In this document: one piece after another, positions 31,889 through 41,642 of the stretch
How positions within the stretch are numbered: position 1 is the stretch's first letter
Layout: every line of letters begins with the position of its first letter
Assembly: GCA_965237955.1 (NCBI GenBank)
Contig: OZ250169.1
Coordinates: 1,120,001-1,184,000, forward strand
From: Candidatus Marinacidobacterales bacterium
GTDB taxonomy: Bacteria; Acidobacteriota; Vicinamibacteria; Marinacidobacterales; SMYC01
Direction: 5' to 3'
DNA length: 64,000 nucleotides
Notes under the pieces: model-generated
Told to the model about the DNA's origin: nothing
Databases searched by the model: none
Seen by the model: the letters and a program-made list of their open reading frames with translations, nothing else
Translations under genes and position numbers: made by a program

Positions 31889-33154
31889 AAGTACAGTGAC
31901 GTATATTTAAGTTGCTGAAAGAGCGCCTCTCTGGCATGATTCTGCCCATTGGAGCAGATAAATGCCTAGAGAATCGCCGTTTGACATTGAGTTGACCGTC
32001 GACGAGCACGATATCCTTGAAGAAACAGCCAGAGCATATACGTCACCGTATATCGATGTTGTTCGTGCAAAGATCATTCTGTATGCCGCCGAAGGCCTGA
32101 CGAACAAGGAGATTGGAGAGCGCCTCGACACTCCGCGACAGATCGTGAGCAAGTGGCGGAAGCGTTTTTTCGACCAACGCCTGGCAGGGCTGCAAGAGCA
32201 GCCCCGCCGGGGGCGGCCCGGCCAGTTTTCCCCCCTCCGTCGTCGTCGCCGTAAAGGCTCTCGCGTGTGAGTTGCCGCACCAAACTGGACTGCCGCTCTC
32301 ACGACTCAGCACCGCGGACCTCCGTCGAGCCGCGATCGACCGTGGGATCGTGGCGAACATCGGACAGACGACCATCTGGCGTTGGTTGAGTGAGGACGCC
32401 ATTAAGCCCTGGACCCATCGTAGCTGGGTGTTCCCGCGCGACCCGGACTTCGAAGCCAAAGCAGCTCCCATTCTCGACCTCTACCAAGGACGTTGGCGTC
32501 GTAAGCCCTTCTCTGGAAACGAGTTCGTCATCAGCGCCGATGAGAAACCCCGTATCCAGTGCCGGCTTCGCACATACCCGACGACTTCGACGGCTCCAGG
32601 GCGGCCGATGCGCATCGAGCATGAGTACTCTCGTGAAGGCACGGTGAACTACCTTGCCGCATGGGATGTTCACCGCGCGAAAGTCTTCGGTCATTGCGAA
32701 CCGAAGAGCACGATCGTCTCCTTCGAGCGCTTCGTCGGGCAAGTCATGCGTCGCAAGCCCTATCGCACCGCGAAGCGAGTCTTCTGGATCGTCGATAACG
32801 CTTCCATTCATCGCGGCAAAGCTTCTGTCGAGCGCTTCCGGCAACAGTGGCCTAATTCCGTACTCGTTCATACCCCAACCCATGCCAGCTGGCTCAATCA
32901 AGTCGAGATCTTCTTCTCTATCGTTCAAAGAAAGGTCCTCACCCCGAACGACTTCTTGGCACCCGACGACATCCCTTTCCATCTTTCCAAGTTCGAACGC
33001 TACTACGAGGACATCGCTCGACCCTTTCAATGGAAATTCACCCGCAAAGACCTCAAACAGCTGATGAAACGCCTTGCCGTATACGAACCTCGTCTTGCTT
33101 CCGCCGCTTGACCGTTGAAAAATACGTCACCGAACTTTCGGGATAGCGTACTTA
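31888..33154 (+). mobile_element. IS630 family element inserted at TA (orfA 31962-32270, frameshift at TTTTCCCCCC, orfB to 33111)
   Basis: TAAGTAC...GTACTTA ends with GTGACGTAT sub-repeat. RAKIIL, SADEK, VDNASIH, HASWLNQVEIFFS. Confidence 0.9.
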
Positions 33155-33161
33155 GTGAAGC

Positions 33162-34859
33162 TCATTGAACTGTGGTCGTCTCTCCGGAGAGACCATTGAT
33201 GGATGGTTCGAATGTCCTCCCAAGGCGCTCCAGGACCTGTTCGGCCGCCCGGATGCCGGAAAAACAGGCTTCTTCGAACAGCGGCAGCCCGGTCGTGTCA
33301 CAAGAGGCAAAATAAACGTTCCCGAAAGGCTTCCTCCGAATGGCGCTTTCGCGGCCCCATATGATTCCCGGGCTCGGTCGGATCATGGCGTGACCCCACC
33401 GGTAAACGTCGATGCGGCTGACGTAACGCTCCAGGTCCGGATGGGCCACCAGCAGGTCCTGCATGATCACGTTGACCCAGTAAGGATGTTCTTCTTCCAG
33501 GAGCTTCTGACGAGCAAGGTCAAGCTCCTCGACGAACGGGAGATAGTAAACCAGGACAGATGGGTTGTCTTTGTAGACCTTTCGGGTTTGATGATCAGCG
33601 ACAATGTAGCCCAGGGATCGGCTACTGTAGAGTACATTGTCCCACGCGATCGAGACATCGGCGTTCGTGGGCAGCTCGCTCACATGGACACTGGCGGTCA
33701 GCCAGGGGCTGTAATCGCAGGATTCGATCGCTTCTACCTGAGGCCCGGGCAATCCATCGACCAGGAAAGGCGCGGTATGGAGCTTGGAGGCATGGATCAC
33801 GGTTCGGGCCGAAAGACTTCGATAGGTCTCACTGGGGGTGTCGAAGTAACCGACACGAGTGCCGGGATCATCGTTGTCGATCCGGAGCACCGCGCATCCC
33901 AGCCGGTATTGCGAGTTCGCCAGGTCTTGGGCCAAGCGTTGTATGAGAAACCCGTTCCCTGCGGGCCATGTCAAGGTGTCCGAAGGGTACTCGTTCTGCA
34001 GCCGCCGGTCATAGTATCGGCAGGCGAAGTAGTGAATGCCGGCCCAGGCCGACACGGTTGCCATCGTGCCCCCGTAATCGTCCCGGCAAGCGTAATTGAT
34101 CATCCAATCCAACCGCGGCGAATCCCATCCTTTGGAGCGGACGTAGGTTTCCATCGTAATGTCGTCGAGTTGACGAACCCGGGAGTCCGTGGTGCTGTAG
34201 CTCAGAGGGAGGACGAATGCGCGCCGGCCGTCGAAACCGCGGTAAAGGGTCCAGGAAAGCATGTCGTCCTCGAAGGCACGTATGGCTTCCCGTTCCTGCG
34301 TTGAGGCCCCGCTCAGCAGATCCCATTCGATCCATCTTCCGTCCATGAAGAGACGCTCCGCGGGCCATCGCAAGATATGTTGTTCGGGAATCCTCGGACG
34401 TCCGCCCTCGTCGTAGCCTTCGATTATTCCGAGGTCGGACAGGACTTCTTTGACGCAATCCGCTTCCGCGGGTGGAACATTAATATAGTGTGCCCCCCAG
34501 GGGAATTCGGTGCCCTCTGCGCGCCCGGAGGCGGCGGTGCCCCCAAGCCACGGCTGCAGTTCGAGGAGGATAAAGTCGTCCAGTCCGGCCTTTTTCAGCT
34601 TCCACGCCGCGCACAGCCCCGAAACGCCTCCCCCGACGATGGCGACGTCGTAGGTATGAGCTTCAGTCTTGGGAAACCGATCGCGGGGATGAGGTTCGCG
34701 AAGAAGATGCCCCACCTGCTGGTTTCCGCCCACGATTCGCCCCGGGACGTCGAAGGTCCTGGGAACCGAAGTGCTTGAATTCCAGCACGAAGGGACGACC
34801 GCCAAAAGGCCGCTGGTCGCGGATAGACGAAGAAAATCCCGTCGGGTGAAGGGCGACAC
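33162..34859 (-). CDS. Tat-exported FAD-dependent oxidoreductase (amine oxidase-like)
   Basis: TRRDFLR Tat motif, IVGGGVSGL, PWGAHY, YACRDDYG, WAGIHYF, WGHAM, LFEEA. Start uncertain. Confidence 0.88.
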   Translation of the reverse strand: MSPFTRRDFLRLSATSGLLAVVPSCWNSSTSVPRTFDVPGRIVGGNQQVGHLLREPHPRDRFPKTEAHTYDVAIVGGGVSGLCAAWKLKKAGLDDFILLELQPWLGGTAASGRAEGTEFPWGAHYINVPPAEADCVKEVLSDLGIIEGYDEGGRPRIPEQHILRWPAERLFMDGRWIEWDLLSGASTQEREAIRAFEDDMLSWTLYRGFDGRRAFVLPLSYSTTDSRVRQLDDITMETYVRSKGWDSPRLDWMINYACRDDYGGTMATVSAWAGIHYFACRYYDRRLQNEYPSDTLTWPAGNGFLIQRLAQDLANSQYRLGCAVLRIDNDDPGTRVGYFDTPSETYRSLSARTVIHASKLHTAPFLVDGLPGPQVEAIESCDYSPWLTASVHVSELPTNADVSIAWDNVLYSSRSLGYIVADHQTRKVYKDNPSVLVYYLPFVEELDLARQKLLEEEHPYWVNVIMQDLLVAHPDLERYVSRIDVYRWGHAMIRPSPGIIWGRESAIRRKPFGNVYFASCDTTGLPLFEEACFSGIRAAEQVLERLGRTFEPSINGLSGETTTVQ

Positions 34860-35024
34860 TCCTGGATGATACCCCCACCTGCTTGAGAATCGTACCTCCT
34901 CCGCAGAATTTGTGGTCGTGTCTACCCCGGAAAATTCACGAAATAGGAAAAGCAAAAGCCTCTACGTGACAGAAACTTGTGAACGAAGCGTTCACCACGA
35001 AGAAGGCTTTTTGCTGGACCGAAG

Positions 35025-35194
35025 ATTCCGCAACACAGTGTTGGTTGTTTCCCGACCTTTCCCCAAAGAAAGTTCTCGTTCAGCTCGACGGGGATCGTAA
35101 GAGCTCAGACGGTGCCGCAGTGCTGTTGATGGCGATCGACGAGCGTCTGCAGCTGAGTCGGCGACTGCCGAAGTGTTGGCGAGATACCAGGTAA
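35025..35194 (+). pseudogene. IS1380 family transposase N-terminal remnant
   Basis: LFPDLSPKKVLVQLDGDRKSSDGAAVLL..IDERLQL resembles the IS1380 SSDGG.LL motif. Confidence 0.6.
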
Positions 35195-35268
35195 TCCGGG
35201 AAAGTTTTCTTCGAACAATTCCCGGAAGCACTTCACAGGGCTGCTTTCTGGGAGCAGAATACTTCGGT

Positions 35269-36378
35269 ATGCGCCCCCGCTGGATTGCATCGGCCGGTTT
35301 CGACCTCGGGCTCATCATCGGGCCGCCGGTCGCCGCCGTGCTTCTGGTCTTGGCTTTGCCGGCCATGCGGTCCGAGGAGACCCCGGTCTGGGGCTGGGTG
35401 CTCTTCGTTGTCTTCATAGACGTGGCGCATGTCTACGCATCGCTGCATCGGACCTATTTTCAGCCGGACGAATTCGCCCGCAGGAGACTCTTCTACCTGG
35501 CGACGCCTCTGGCGTGCTTTCTGGGAGGCGTCGCGCTCTACAGTCTCGGCTACCAGGTGTTCTGGAGGGTTCTTGCCTACATCGCCGTTTTTCATTTCGT
35601 CCGTCAGCAGTATGGCTTCATGATGGTTTACCGTCATCGCGCGGGTGAGCACTCCCCGCGCGAAGCGCTCCTGGACAAGTGCGCCATCTACGCGACCATG
35701 GTCTACCCCCTGGCGTTGTGGCACCGGGATCCGTCATCCCGAAACTTTCAGTGGTTCGTCGAAGGGGATTTCGTCCAACTGCCGGAATGGGTCGCAACCG
35801 GGGCCGTTGTCTTCTATACGGCATCACTGCTTTTCTTTGCGGCCCGCCAGGTACAGGTTTTCGCCCTCGCGGGAACCGTGAACTGGGGCAAGATCGGCAT
35901 CGTGGGCTCCACCGCTGCTGTCTGGTATGTCGGTATCGCTCTCCTGAATTCCGACTTTGCGTTCACCGTGACGAACGTTGTCGCGCACGGAGTCCCGTAC
36001 ATGGCCCTGGTGTGGCTCTACGGTCGCCGCCGCTGGGCAGGTGATCCTTCCTGGCGGGGAACGATTCATCGTCCCGTAGGCGTCGGTTTGTTCGTCGGCC
36101 TCTTGCTCGCTCTCGCCTACATCGAGGAGGGCCTGTGGGAGCTCTTCGTCTGGCAGGAGCACGCCGAGGTTTTCCTGGGGATGGTTTTGAATTTTGAAGT
36201 GCCTTCCATGGCCCTGACCATCCTCGTACCCCTGCTCACGGTTCCACAGGCGACACACTACATCCTTGACGCCAAGATCTGGAAGTTCGACGGTTCGAAT
36301 CCGAATCTCCATTACTATCTTTTCCTCGAGGGTGAGGTGCCCCAGGCTGGCTCGGAGTCGAAGGTCGGAGGTCGATAG
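35269..36378 (+). CDS. Multi-pass membrane protein with conserved-looking His motifs
   Basis: About 9 hydrophobic segments. DVAHVYASL.RTY, FHFVRQQYG, VAHGVPY, PQATHYILD. Confidence 0.75.
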   Translation: MRPRWIASAGFDLGLIIGPPVAAVLLVLALPAMRSEETPVWGWVLFVVFIDVAHVYASLHRTYFQPDEFARRRLFYLATPLACFLGGVALYSLGYQVFWRVLAYIAVFHFVRQQYGFMMVYRHRAGEHSPREALLDKCAIYATMVYPLALWHRDPSSRNFQWFVEGDFVQLPEWVATGAVVFYTASLLFFAARQVQVFALAGTVNWGKIGIVGSTAAVWYVGIALLNSDFAFTVTNVVAHGVPYMALVWLYGRRRWAGDPSWRGTIHRPVGVGLFVGLLLALAYIEEGLWELFVWQEHAEVFLGMVLNFEVPSMALTILVPLLTVPQATHYILDAKIWKFDGSNPNLHYYLFLEGEVPQAGSESKVGGR

Positions 36379-36512
36379 CTGAGCGAGACTCGCCGAGCGA
36401 GATTCGATGGGAGGGAACCTTCAGGGTAAGAAGGTATCGACCAGCGGATCTCGGTATCCTGACTTTGCCGGTGCTCGGAGAATCCGCTCTCCGACGGGGC
36501 ATGCCATCAAGC

Positions 36513-37214
36513 TCAAATGCCCATTTTCTTCTTGAGCTCAGCCAGCGAGTCACTGGTCTCGGCCGAGCTGGACGCTGCAAGGGTTCTGTCTATCTCCTCG
36601 TCCAGCGTTACGCTCGCGTCCGTCATTTCCCCGTAGGCCTCAGCAAGCGCCTCCTCCTCAACCACTTTGTCCTTCATCTTTTCCAGCAGCGCAATCGTAC
36701 CGGAGGAGTCGACGTTCGACATCTGCTGGTTGATTTTCCGCATCGACGTGGCGGTCTTGGCGCGTGCTCTCAAGGTCACCAGCTCGGTCTCGTAGCGGCT
36801 GGTCGTTTCCTTCAGCGTCTGCACCTTTGCCTGAAGCTGATCCCCCATACTCTTCTGCTGCTCGTGGTCCTTCTTCAAGGCACCTGCGCGTTGCAGGGCC
36901 TCGTCCTTCTTGGTCAAAGCTTCGGTTGCCAGACGTTCCGCTTCAGTTTGCTGCAGATCCCCGCTCTTCATTTTCTGGAGAAGTTGCATCGCTTTCCTCT
37001 CGTAGTCCTTCGCAAGCTTTTTCTGGTTGTCCGAGTCTTTCTTGAGACGAATCGCGATCGCTTTGACCTGCGCCAGACTCTGCATGGAATCCTGCAAGTC
37101 TTTCTTCAAGTCACGAATTCCCTGCTCGGTCAGCTTGATCGGATCCTCGAGCTTATCCACTAGAGAATGCGCCTCGGACTGCACGGTTTTGAAAATTCTT
37201 TGAAAGAAACTCAT
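36513..37214 (-). CDS. PspA/IM30 (bacterial ESCRT-III) family protein
   Basis: MSFFQRIF..., KLEDPIKL.EQ.IRDL, long coiled coil, LAELKKKMG. Confidence 0.92.
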   Translation of the reverse strand: MSFFQRIFKTVQSEAHSLVDKLEDPIKLTEQGIRDLKKDLQDSMQSLAQVKAIAIRLKKDSDNQKKLAKDYERKAMQLLQKMKSGDLQQTEAERLATEALTKKDEALQRAGALKKDHEQQKSMGDQLQAKVQTLKETTSRYETELVTLRARAKTATSMRKINQQMSNVDSSGTIALLEKMKDKVVEEEALAEAYGEMTDASVTLDEEIDRTLAASSSAETSDSLAELKKKMGI

Positions 37215-37232
37215 TTGTCAGCTCCCCTTCGA

Positions 37233-37631
37233 CTATCGGTGACTATATTCCAGCAACTCTGCGCCGTTCTCGGCCAGAGCAAGCTCCAGCGCTCGAATGG
37301 AGCCTTCCAACTCGTTACAATCCAGGTTTTCCAGCTGCAACGTATCGCGGAAGAGGACACGGCTACCTTCTTCGTCGTCGAGCACAAACGCTCCATGTAC
37401 CATCGTTCGGTTCATCTGGAGGAGGCGTTTGAAGAAATCTCCGGGAATCTCGGGGACATCCATGATGAGCTGTTCGAGGATGACGATCGGTGGTTCGCAG
37501 TCGATGATCAGGTTTCGAATTCCATTCTCCTCATCCTCCACGATGACCAACTCCTCGGCCTCATCCTCGCTGACGATGTTCATATCGATATCGAGCAGAT
37601 AGCCCTTGACCAAATCCAGGTTCTCGGACAT
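37233..37631 (-). CDS. YbjN / CesT-Tir chaperone-fold protein
   Basis: Acidic 132 aa, LLQMNRTMVHGAFVLD, FRDTLQLENLD..ELEGSI. Confidence 0.8.
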   Translation of the reverse strand: MSENLDLVKGYLLDIDMNIVSEDEAEELVIVEDEENGIRNLIIDCEPPIVILEQLIMDVPEIPGDFFKRLLQMNRTMVHGAFVLDDEEGSRVLFRDTLQLENLDCNELEGSIRALELALAENGAELLEYSHR

Positions 37632-37633
37632 GT

Positions 37634-37925
37634 TTACTTCTCCTGTTTGTTTGTCTCGCTCTCCAGCCGCTTTTGCGGCTGTTCGTAAGCACTGTTCAAC
37701 CGTTGCGTCAGTTCATCGGCGATTTTTCGTTTCACGGGGTCCTTCGAGATCAGATCCGGATGATATTTCCGCAACAGCCGTTCGATGCTTCCTAACCGTG
37801 GCAAAGTTGAAACCATAGGACACCTCCGGGTTGGAATACAGCTCGGCCAGCTCCGGAACGACGCCCCGTGGCCGTAGTCGCGGCCTGCCGGCCACCGTGG
37901 CCCCGAGTTTAGCTCTGGCGTCCAC
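37634..37925 (-). pseudogene. Frameshifted J-domain protein copy
   Basis: LAELYSNPEVSYGFNFATVR in one frame, RLLRKYHPDL...ELTQRLNSAYEQ in another. Paralog of 38674-39021. Confidence 0.75.
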
Positions 37926-38584
37926 GTGCCCGACCGACGCGATCCCGTCCGCCCGAGTCAGGACGGATCTCGGTTCGAATGAAGCGGATCACGCGGGTCA
38001 CCAGATCCAACGATTCAGTTCCTCAGAAACCACGTTCACGACGACGTTGCGTACCGACGATAATCATAACTCAATATTCGACAGCGATTCCATTCGCACG
38101 ATTCTCTCGACGATTGTGGCTCGTGCATTCTGCAACACGATGACCTAACCCTTCCTCTCGTAACATTTACGCAGTTTTCCCAAAACCTGGCGCACCATCC
38201 GACTCAGTAGCGAGCTCGTGAAGGACTAGGCGAACGACATCCTCATCCTGCGCGCGAAGCGGCAGGACGAGAAAGACAATGTCAGTACGGAACGCGGAGG
38301 GACGCGGCGGGTTTTGGACGCCACAAGCCTCCTTTGGCCCTTCAGGGGGGCGAGCAGGTCCATTTTGGCCAAAGATTCCGTTCCTCCCCAAAATTCGCCT
38401 CCCCTGAACTGATCCTGTCTGTCTCCCTCTCTGGAGCCTTCATCCTTTCGGCCACCTCCTCGCCCTCTAGAGTCTAATTTCTCCTATGCCAGGTGTCTCA
38501 TCATCATAGGCACAGAGGGGCGGCTGCAAGCGGTAGCGTAGCGGGCGACTGTCAAGTTGAACCTGCACTGTTTGTAGTCCGAAC

Positions 38585-38650
38585 ATCTATCGAGTACCAG
38601 GATCGGCGGCTCACAAGCAACCACAAAGTTCTTGATGCCGCTCTCCTTGC
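38585..38650 (-). pseudogene. Fragment of a second YbjN-like gene
   Basis: ESGIKNFVVACEPPILVLD matches ENGIRNLIIDCEPPIVILE of 37233-37631. Confidence 0.65.
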
Positions 38651-38673
38651 CTTGCCTCTGGCGAATCACTTTT

Positions 38674-39021
38674 TCAAGCTTCTTCCAGTCTTTCTCGAAG
38701 CTGTTCATAGGCGTGGTTCAACTTCTTAACGAGTTCAGTTGCGATCTTCTGCCTCGCCGGGTCGGAACAATGGAGGTCGGGATGATACTTTCGCAGAAGC
38801 CGCTTCCAAGCTCTTCGCACGGTTGCCAGATCGGAAGCATAAGGGGCTTCGAGGTTAGCGTAGTATTCCGCGAGCAGGGGATCGACGTTGGGACTCTTTC
38901 GTGCCGTCGGTCCGTCGGATTTGTATCCGCGGTCAGCCGACCCAGACGCAAAGGGCGCTTCCTCACCGCACGGCACAGAAAGGGCACGTATGACCGTGAG
39001 CAGGCGCGACATCAAACTCAT
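38674..39021 (-). CDS. Small J-domain (DnaJ-like) protein
   Basis: YYANLE...VRRAWKRLLRKYHPD...LNHAYEQL. Confidence 0.85.
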   Translation of the reverse strand: MSLMSRLLTVIRALSVPCGEEAPFASGSADRGYKSDGPTARKSPNVDPLLAEYYANLEAPYASDLATVRRAWKRLLRKYHPDLHCSDPARQKIATELVKKLNHAYEQLRERLEEA

Positions 39022-39051
39022 TGTTTGCAACCTCGCCGCACGAGACTCCGC

Positions 39052-40056
39052 TTAGATCTTGCCGTCCGTGATTACGATCAGATGGTCGTTAGCCTCCACT
39101 TTGAAATCGGTCGCTGGGTTGGTCACGACCTGCTTTCCTCTCTGTACCGCAAGTACGATGCTGTTTCTAAGCCGCTTCATCTCCGAAATGACCTCGAGAA
39201 ATTCGTGACCATCCAACGCTGCGGGAAGTTGGACCTTCATGAGAGCATTGGCCGAGCGGGAGGATAGGACCTCTGAGAGGACCTTGGTAATGCCGTGATC
39301 GAGAGTGGCGCTTGCAATCAGGCAGCTGCTGAACTCGGACCCCACTATTACCTCATCGGCGCGGGCTCGCTCGCAATGTTGCACGTTCTCCTTGTTGACC
39401 AATTCTACGATTGTGTACGCCTCCGGGTTAAAAGTCTCCACGGTCAGTGTTGAAAGCACGACCTTTGCGTCCCTTGCGTTGGCCTCCAAGGCATCGTCTC
39501 CCAAGATGACCACTGTGGTCGCATCTTGTACGTTGGCACGCTTCAGATTTTCCTCGGTCACGCTCCCGGAGATGAAGTGCAGGTCGGCGTCGTCCACGGG
39601 TTTCATGTCCGTCTCTGCGAGCAGAACAATCGGTGTTCGAGCACATCGTTCGTCAGATCGAAGCTCATGGAGAATGTCCCGTGCTCGATGGTTCCACCCG
39701 CACAGAATAACGTGACATTTGAACTTGTACGTCCCCATACCGCGCTCTCTTTTGAACCGCTTCTCAATGAAGACACCAGCAACTGTCGCTGTGAAGACAC
39801 CGACAACGCCAATACCACAGAACATGAGTCCTATGCCGATGACTCGGCCCCACAAGGAGCTTGGGGTGATGTCTCCGTAGCCGACCGTTGTGAGGGTTAC
39901 GATGCTCCACCACAGCCAATCTCCGAAGGCCCTGTCAGGCTCGATGAGTTCGAGAGCGAAGGCACTGAAACTCGTCAAGAACAATAGAAGGAAGAAGATC
40001 CGGTATAACCTCTCGCGCCGAAGGAACTCCAAGACGTGCCTGAGCTGTTCTAGCAT
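39052..40056 (-). CDS. 2-TM potassium channel with RCK/TrkA domains
   Basis: WWSIVTLTTVGYGD selectivity filter, HVILCGWN Rossmann fold, C-terminal TrkA_C. Confidence 0.92.
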   Translation of the reverse strand: MLEQLRHVLEFLRRERLYRIFFLLLFLTSFSAFALELIEPDRAFGDWLWWSIVTLTTVGYGDITPSSLWGRVIGIGLMFCGIGVVGVFTATVAGVFIEKRFKRERGMGTYKFKCHVILCGWNHRARDILHELRSDERCARTPIVLLAETDMKPVDDADLHFISGSVTEENLKRANVQDATTVVILGDDALEANARDAKVVLSTLTVETFNPEAYTIVELVNKENVQHCERARADEVIVGSEFSSCLIASATLDHGITKVLSEVLSSRSANALMKVQLPAALDGHEFLEVISEMKRLRNSIVLAVQRGKQVVTNPATDFKVEANDHLIVITDGKI

Positions 40057-40373
40057 CGACTCGCGTCCAGCGGTTGCCGTAATCCGACGCGCGTACTGTT
40101 ATGAAGGATTCCTTCTACCGGAAATCTACGTCTGTCGCAGAGCCCGAGAGCTGGGACGCGCAGCCCAGCGCGCGCAACAGGCGGGTACGAGATTTTATCC
40201 AAGCCCGAGGCTCGGTGCAAACGGGATCCGGAGGTGGCCGGCGCGGGCTCGAACGGCCGGGTGGCTCGGGGGGGAGCGATCGCTCTAGAGGTTTGGGTCC
40301 TTTTTAGCGCACGGGACCGGGCTCCTCGGAGCTCACTGGGGTTTGCGGAGGAGGTGCCGGCGGAGCGCGCCGT

Positions 40374-40663
40374 CTTCACTCGCTCGCCAGGTTTCTTCGG
40401 AATCATCGACGGCGCCACCACAACACAATCGTGACCCGTCTCTTTGACCGACGGTGAACCTCGTATCCACACGGTCCCGCCTCGTAACAAAACCCAACCG
40501 CCTCGCCGCCAGGTGAGAGTCGATGCACTAGTTTCAGAATCGATTTCTTCGTGTTTGCGATCACCCCCAGCGATTCGGGCTTAGACCGACCCGAGTACGC
40601 CACTGCTACCGCGATCGTCTCCTTGTGTACGTCCAGTCCCACGTAGCCGCTACACTCTCCCAC
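40374..40663 (-). pseudogene. IS110 family transposase N-terminal remnant
   Basis: YVGLDVHKETIAVA, CYEAGPCGY, then (shifted) CVVVAPSMIPKKPGERVKT. Confidence 0.85.
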
Positions 40664-40931
40664 GATCTGTCCTGCTTGATTATGGCTCTGAGCCGTCGTG
40701 CTAAATCCTCGAAAGCTTAACCCACGCTCTCAAGGTCGGGCAGGTTCAATACATTATGTCTATCTTTACATGGACCAGGAGGAAGCGGACGCCTCGCCGG
40801 CACGGCCCTCCAGAAGAAAGAGGAGGGCGTCAACCCGGGCTACGACGCTCTCCACCGACCAGCAGACGCAGAAGAAGATGTCCGACCCAGGCGAAGGTGC
40901 AAAAGCTACAGGACCAGATCCGGCACTACGA

Positions 40932-41045
40932 TGCCTTGGTGCATAAATACAGGTAAGTCATTGATTCCATTGACTCTGCTATTTTTGCACCAAAAACGTA
41001 ACCTGCTGATTCCTTTAGAGTTGTCCAGAGTTATGCACCAAGGCA
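40932..41045 (-). mobile_element. 114-bp MITE, copy B (inverted)
   Basis: Reverse complement of 27290-27403. Confidence 0.9.
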
Positions 41046-41047
41046 GG

Positions 41048-41500
41048 ACTACGGTGCGGAGAAATGATGGCGCTCGAGTGGACCGACGTCGACTTCTCGA
41101 AAAGACAGCTAGTGGTGAGCCGGGCGGAGTGGAGAGGTGTGGTCACTGTGCCAAAGGGGGGGCGCTTTCGTCGAATCCCATGACGGCTCGGCTTTCCGAA
41201 GCGCTGCAATCGCATCGGCATCTTCGCGGTCCGAGGGTACTTTGCGAGTCAGACGGAAGTCCATTGACCGAGAGACGCGTTCAAGGATTCGTTGGTCGAT
41301 CCGCAAGACGCGCCAATCTCGAGAACGGAGGAGTTCATGTACTGAGGCACACCTTCTGTTCGCACCTGGCCATGCGTGGAGCACCGGCGAAGGCGATTCA
41401 AGAACTGGCGGGACACAAGGATCTGAGCACGACACAACGCTACATGCACCTGAGCCCGGCAGCGATTGACGAAGCGATTCGGTTGTTGGAGCAGCCCAAC
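41048..41500 (+). pseudogene. Tyrosine recombinase (phage-type integrase) C-terminal remnant
   Basis: [19 protein letters not shown] (frameshift) ...[33 protein letters not shown]. Confidence 0.88.
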
Positions 41501-41577
41501 CTGTCTCTCGTTTTGGAGACATTGTGGAGACGGCTTCGGGAGCGAAAGGGAACTCGAAGGAGTGAAAAGGACTTAGT

Positions 41578-41605
41578 TGGTACCGGGGGTGGGAGTAGAC
41601 CCCAC
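41578..41605 (-). other. Degenerate tRNA 3'-end (T-arm + acceptor + CCA), att-like site
   Basis: Minus strand GTGGG-GTCTACT-CCCAC-CCCCGGT-A-CCA, tRNA-Leu-like. No 5' half present. Confidence 0.6.
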
Positions 41606-41642
41606 CCCCAGCGTCGAACGGAAATGTGGTCGCCGCTCGCCA

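Noticed and set aside
41578-41605. Functional tRNA gene
   Set aside because: Only the T-arm and acceptor 3' strand are present and the T-loop is mutated. Kept as an att-like remnant.
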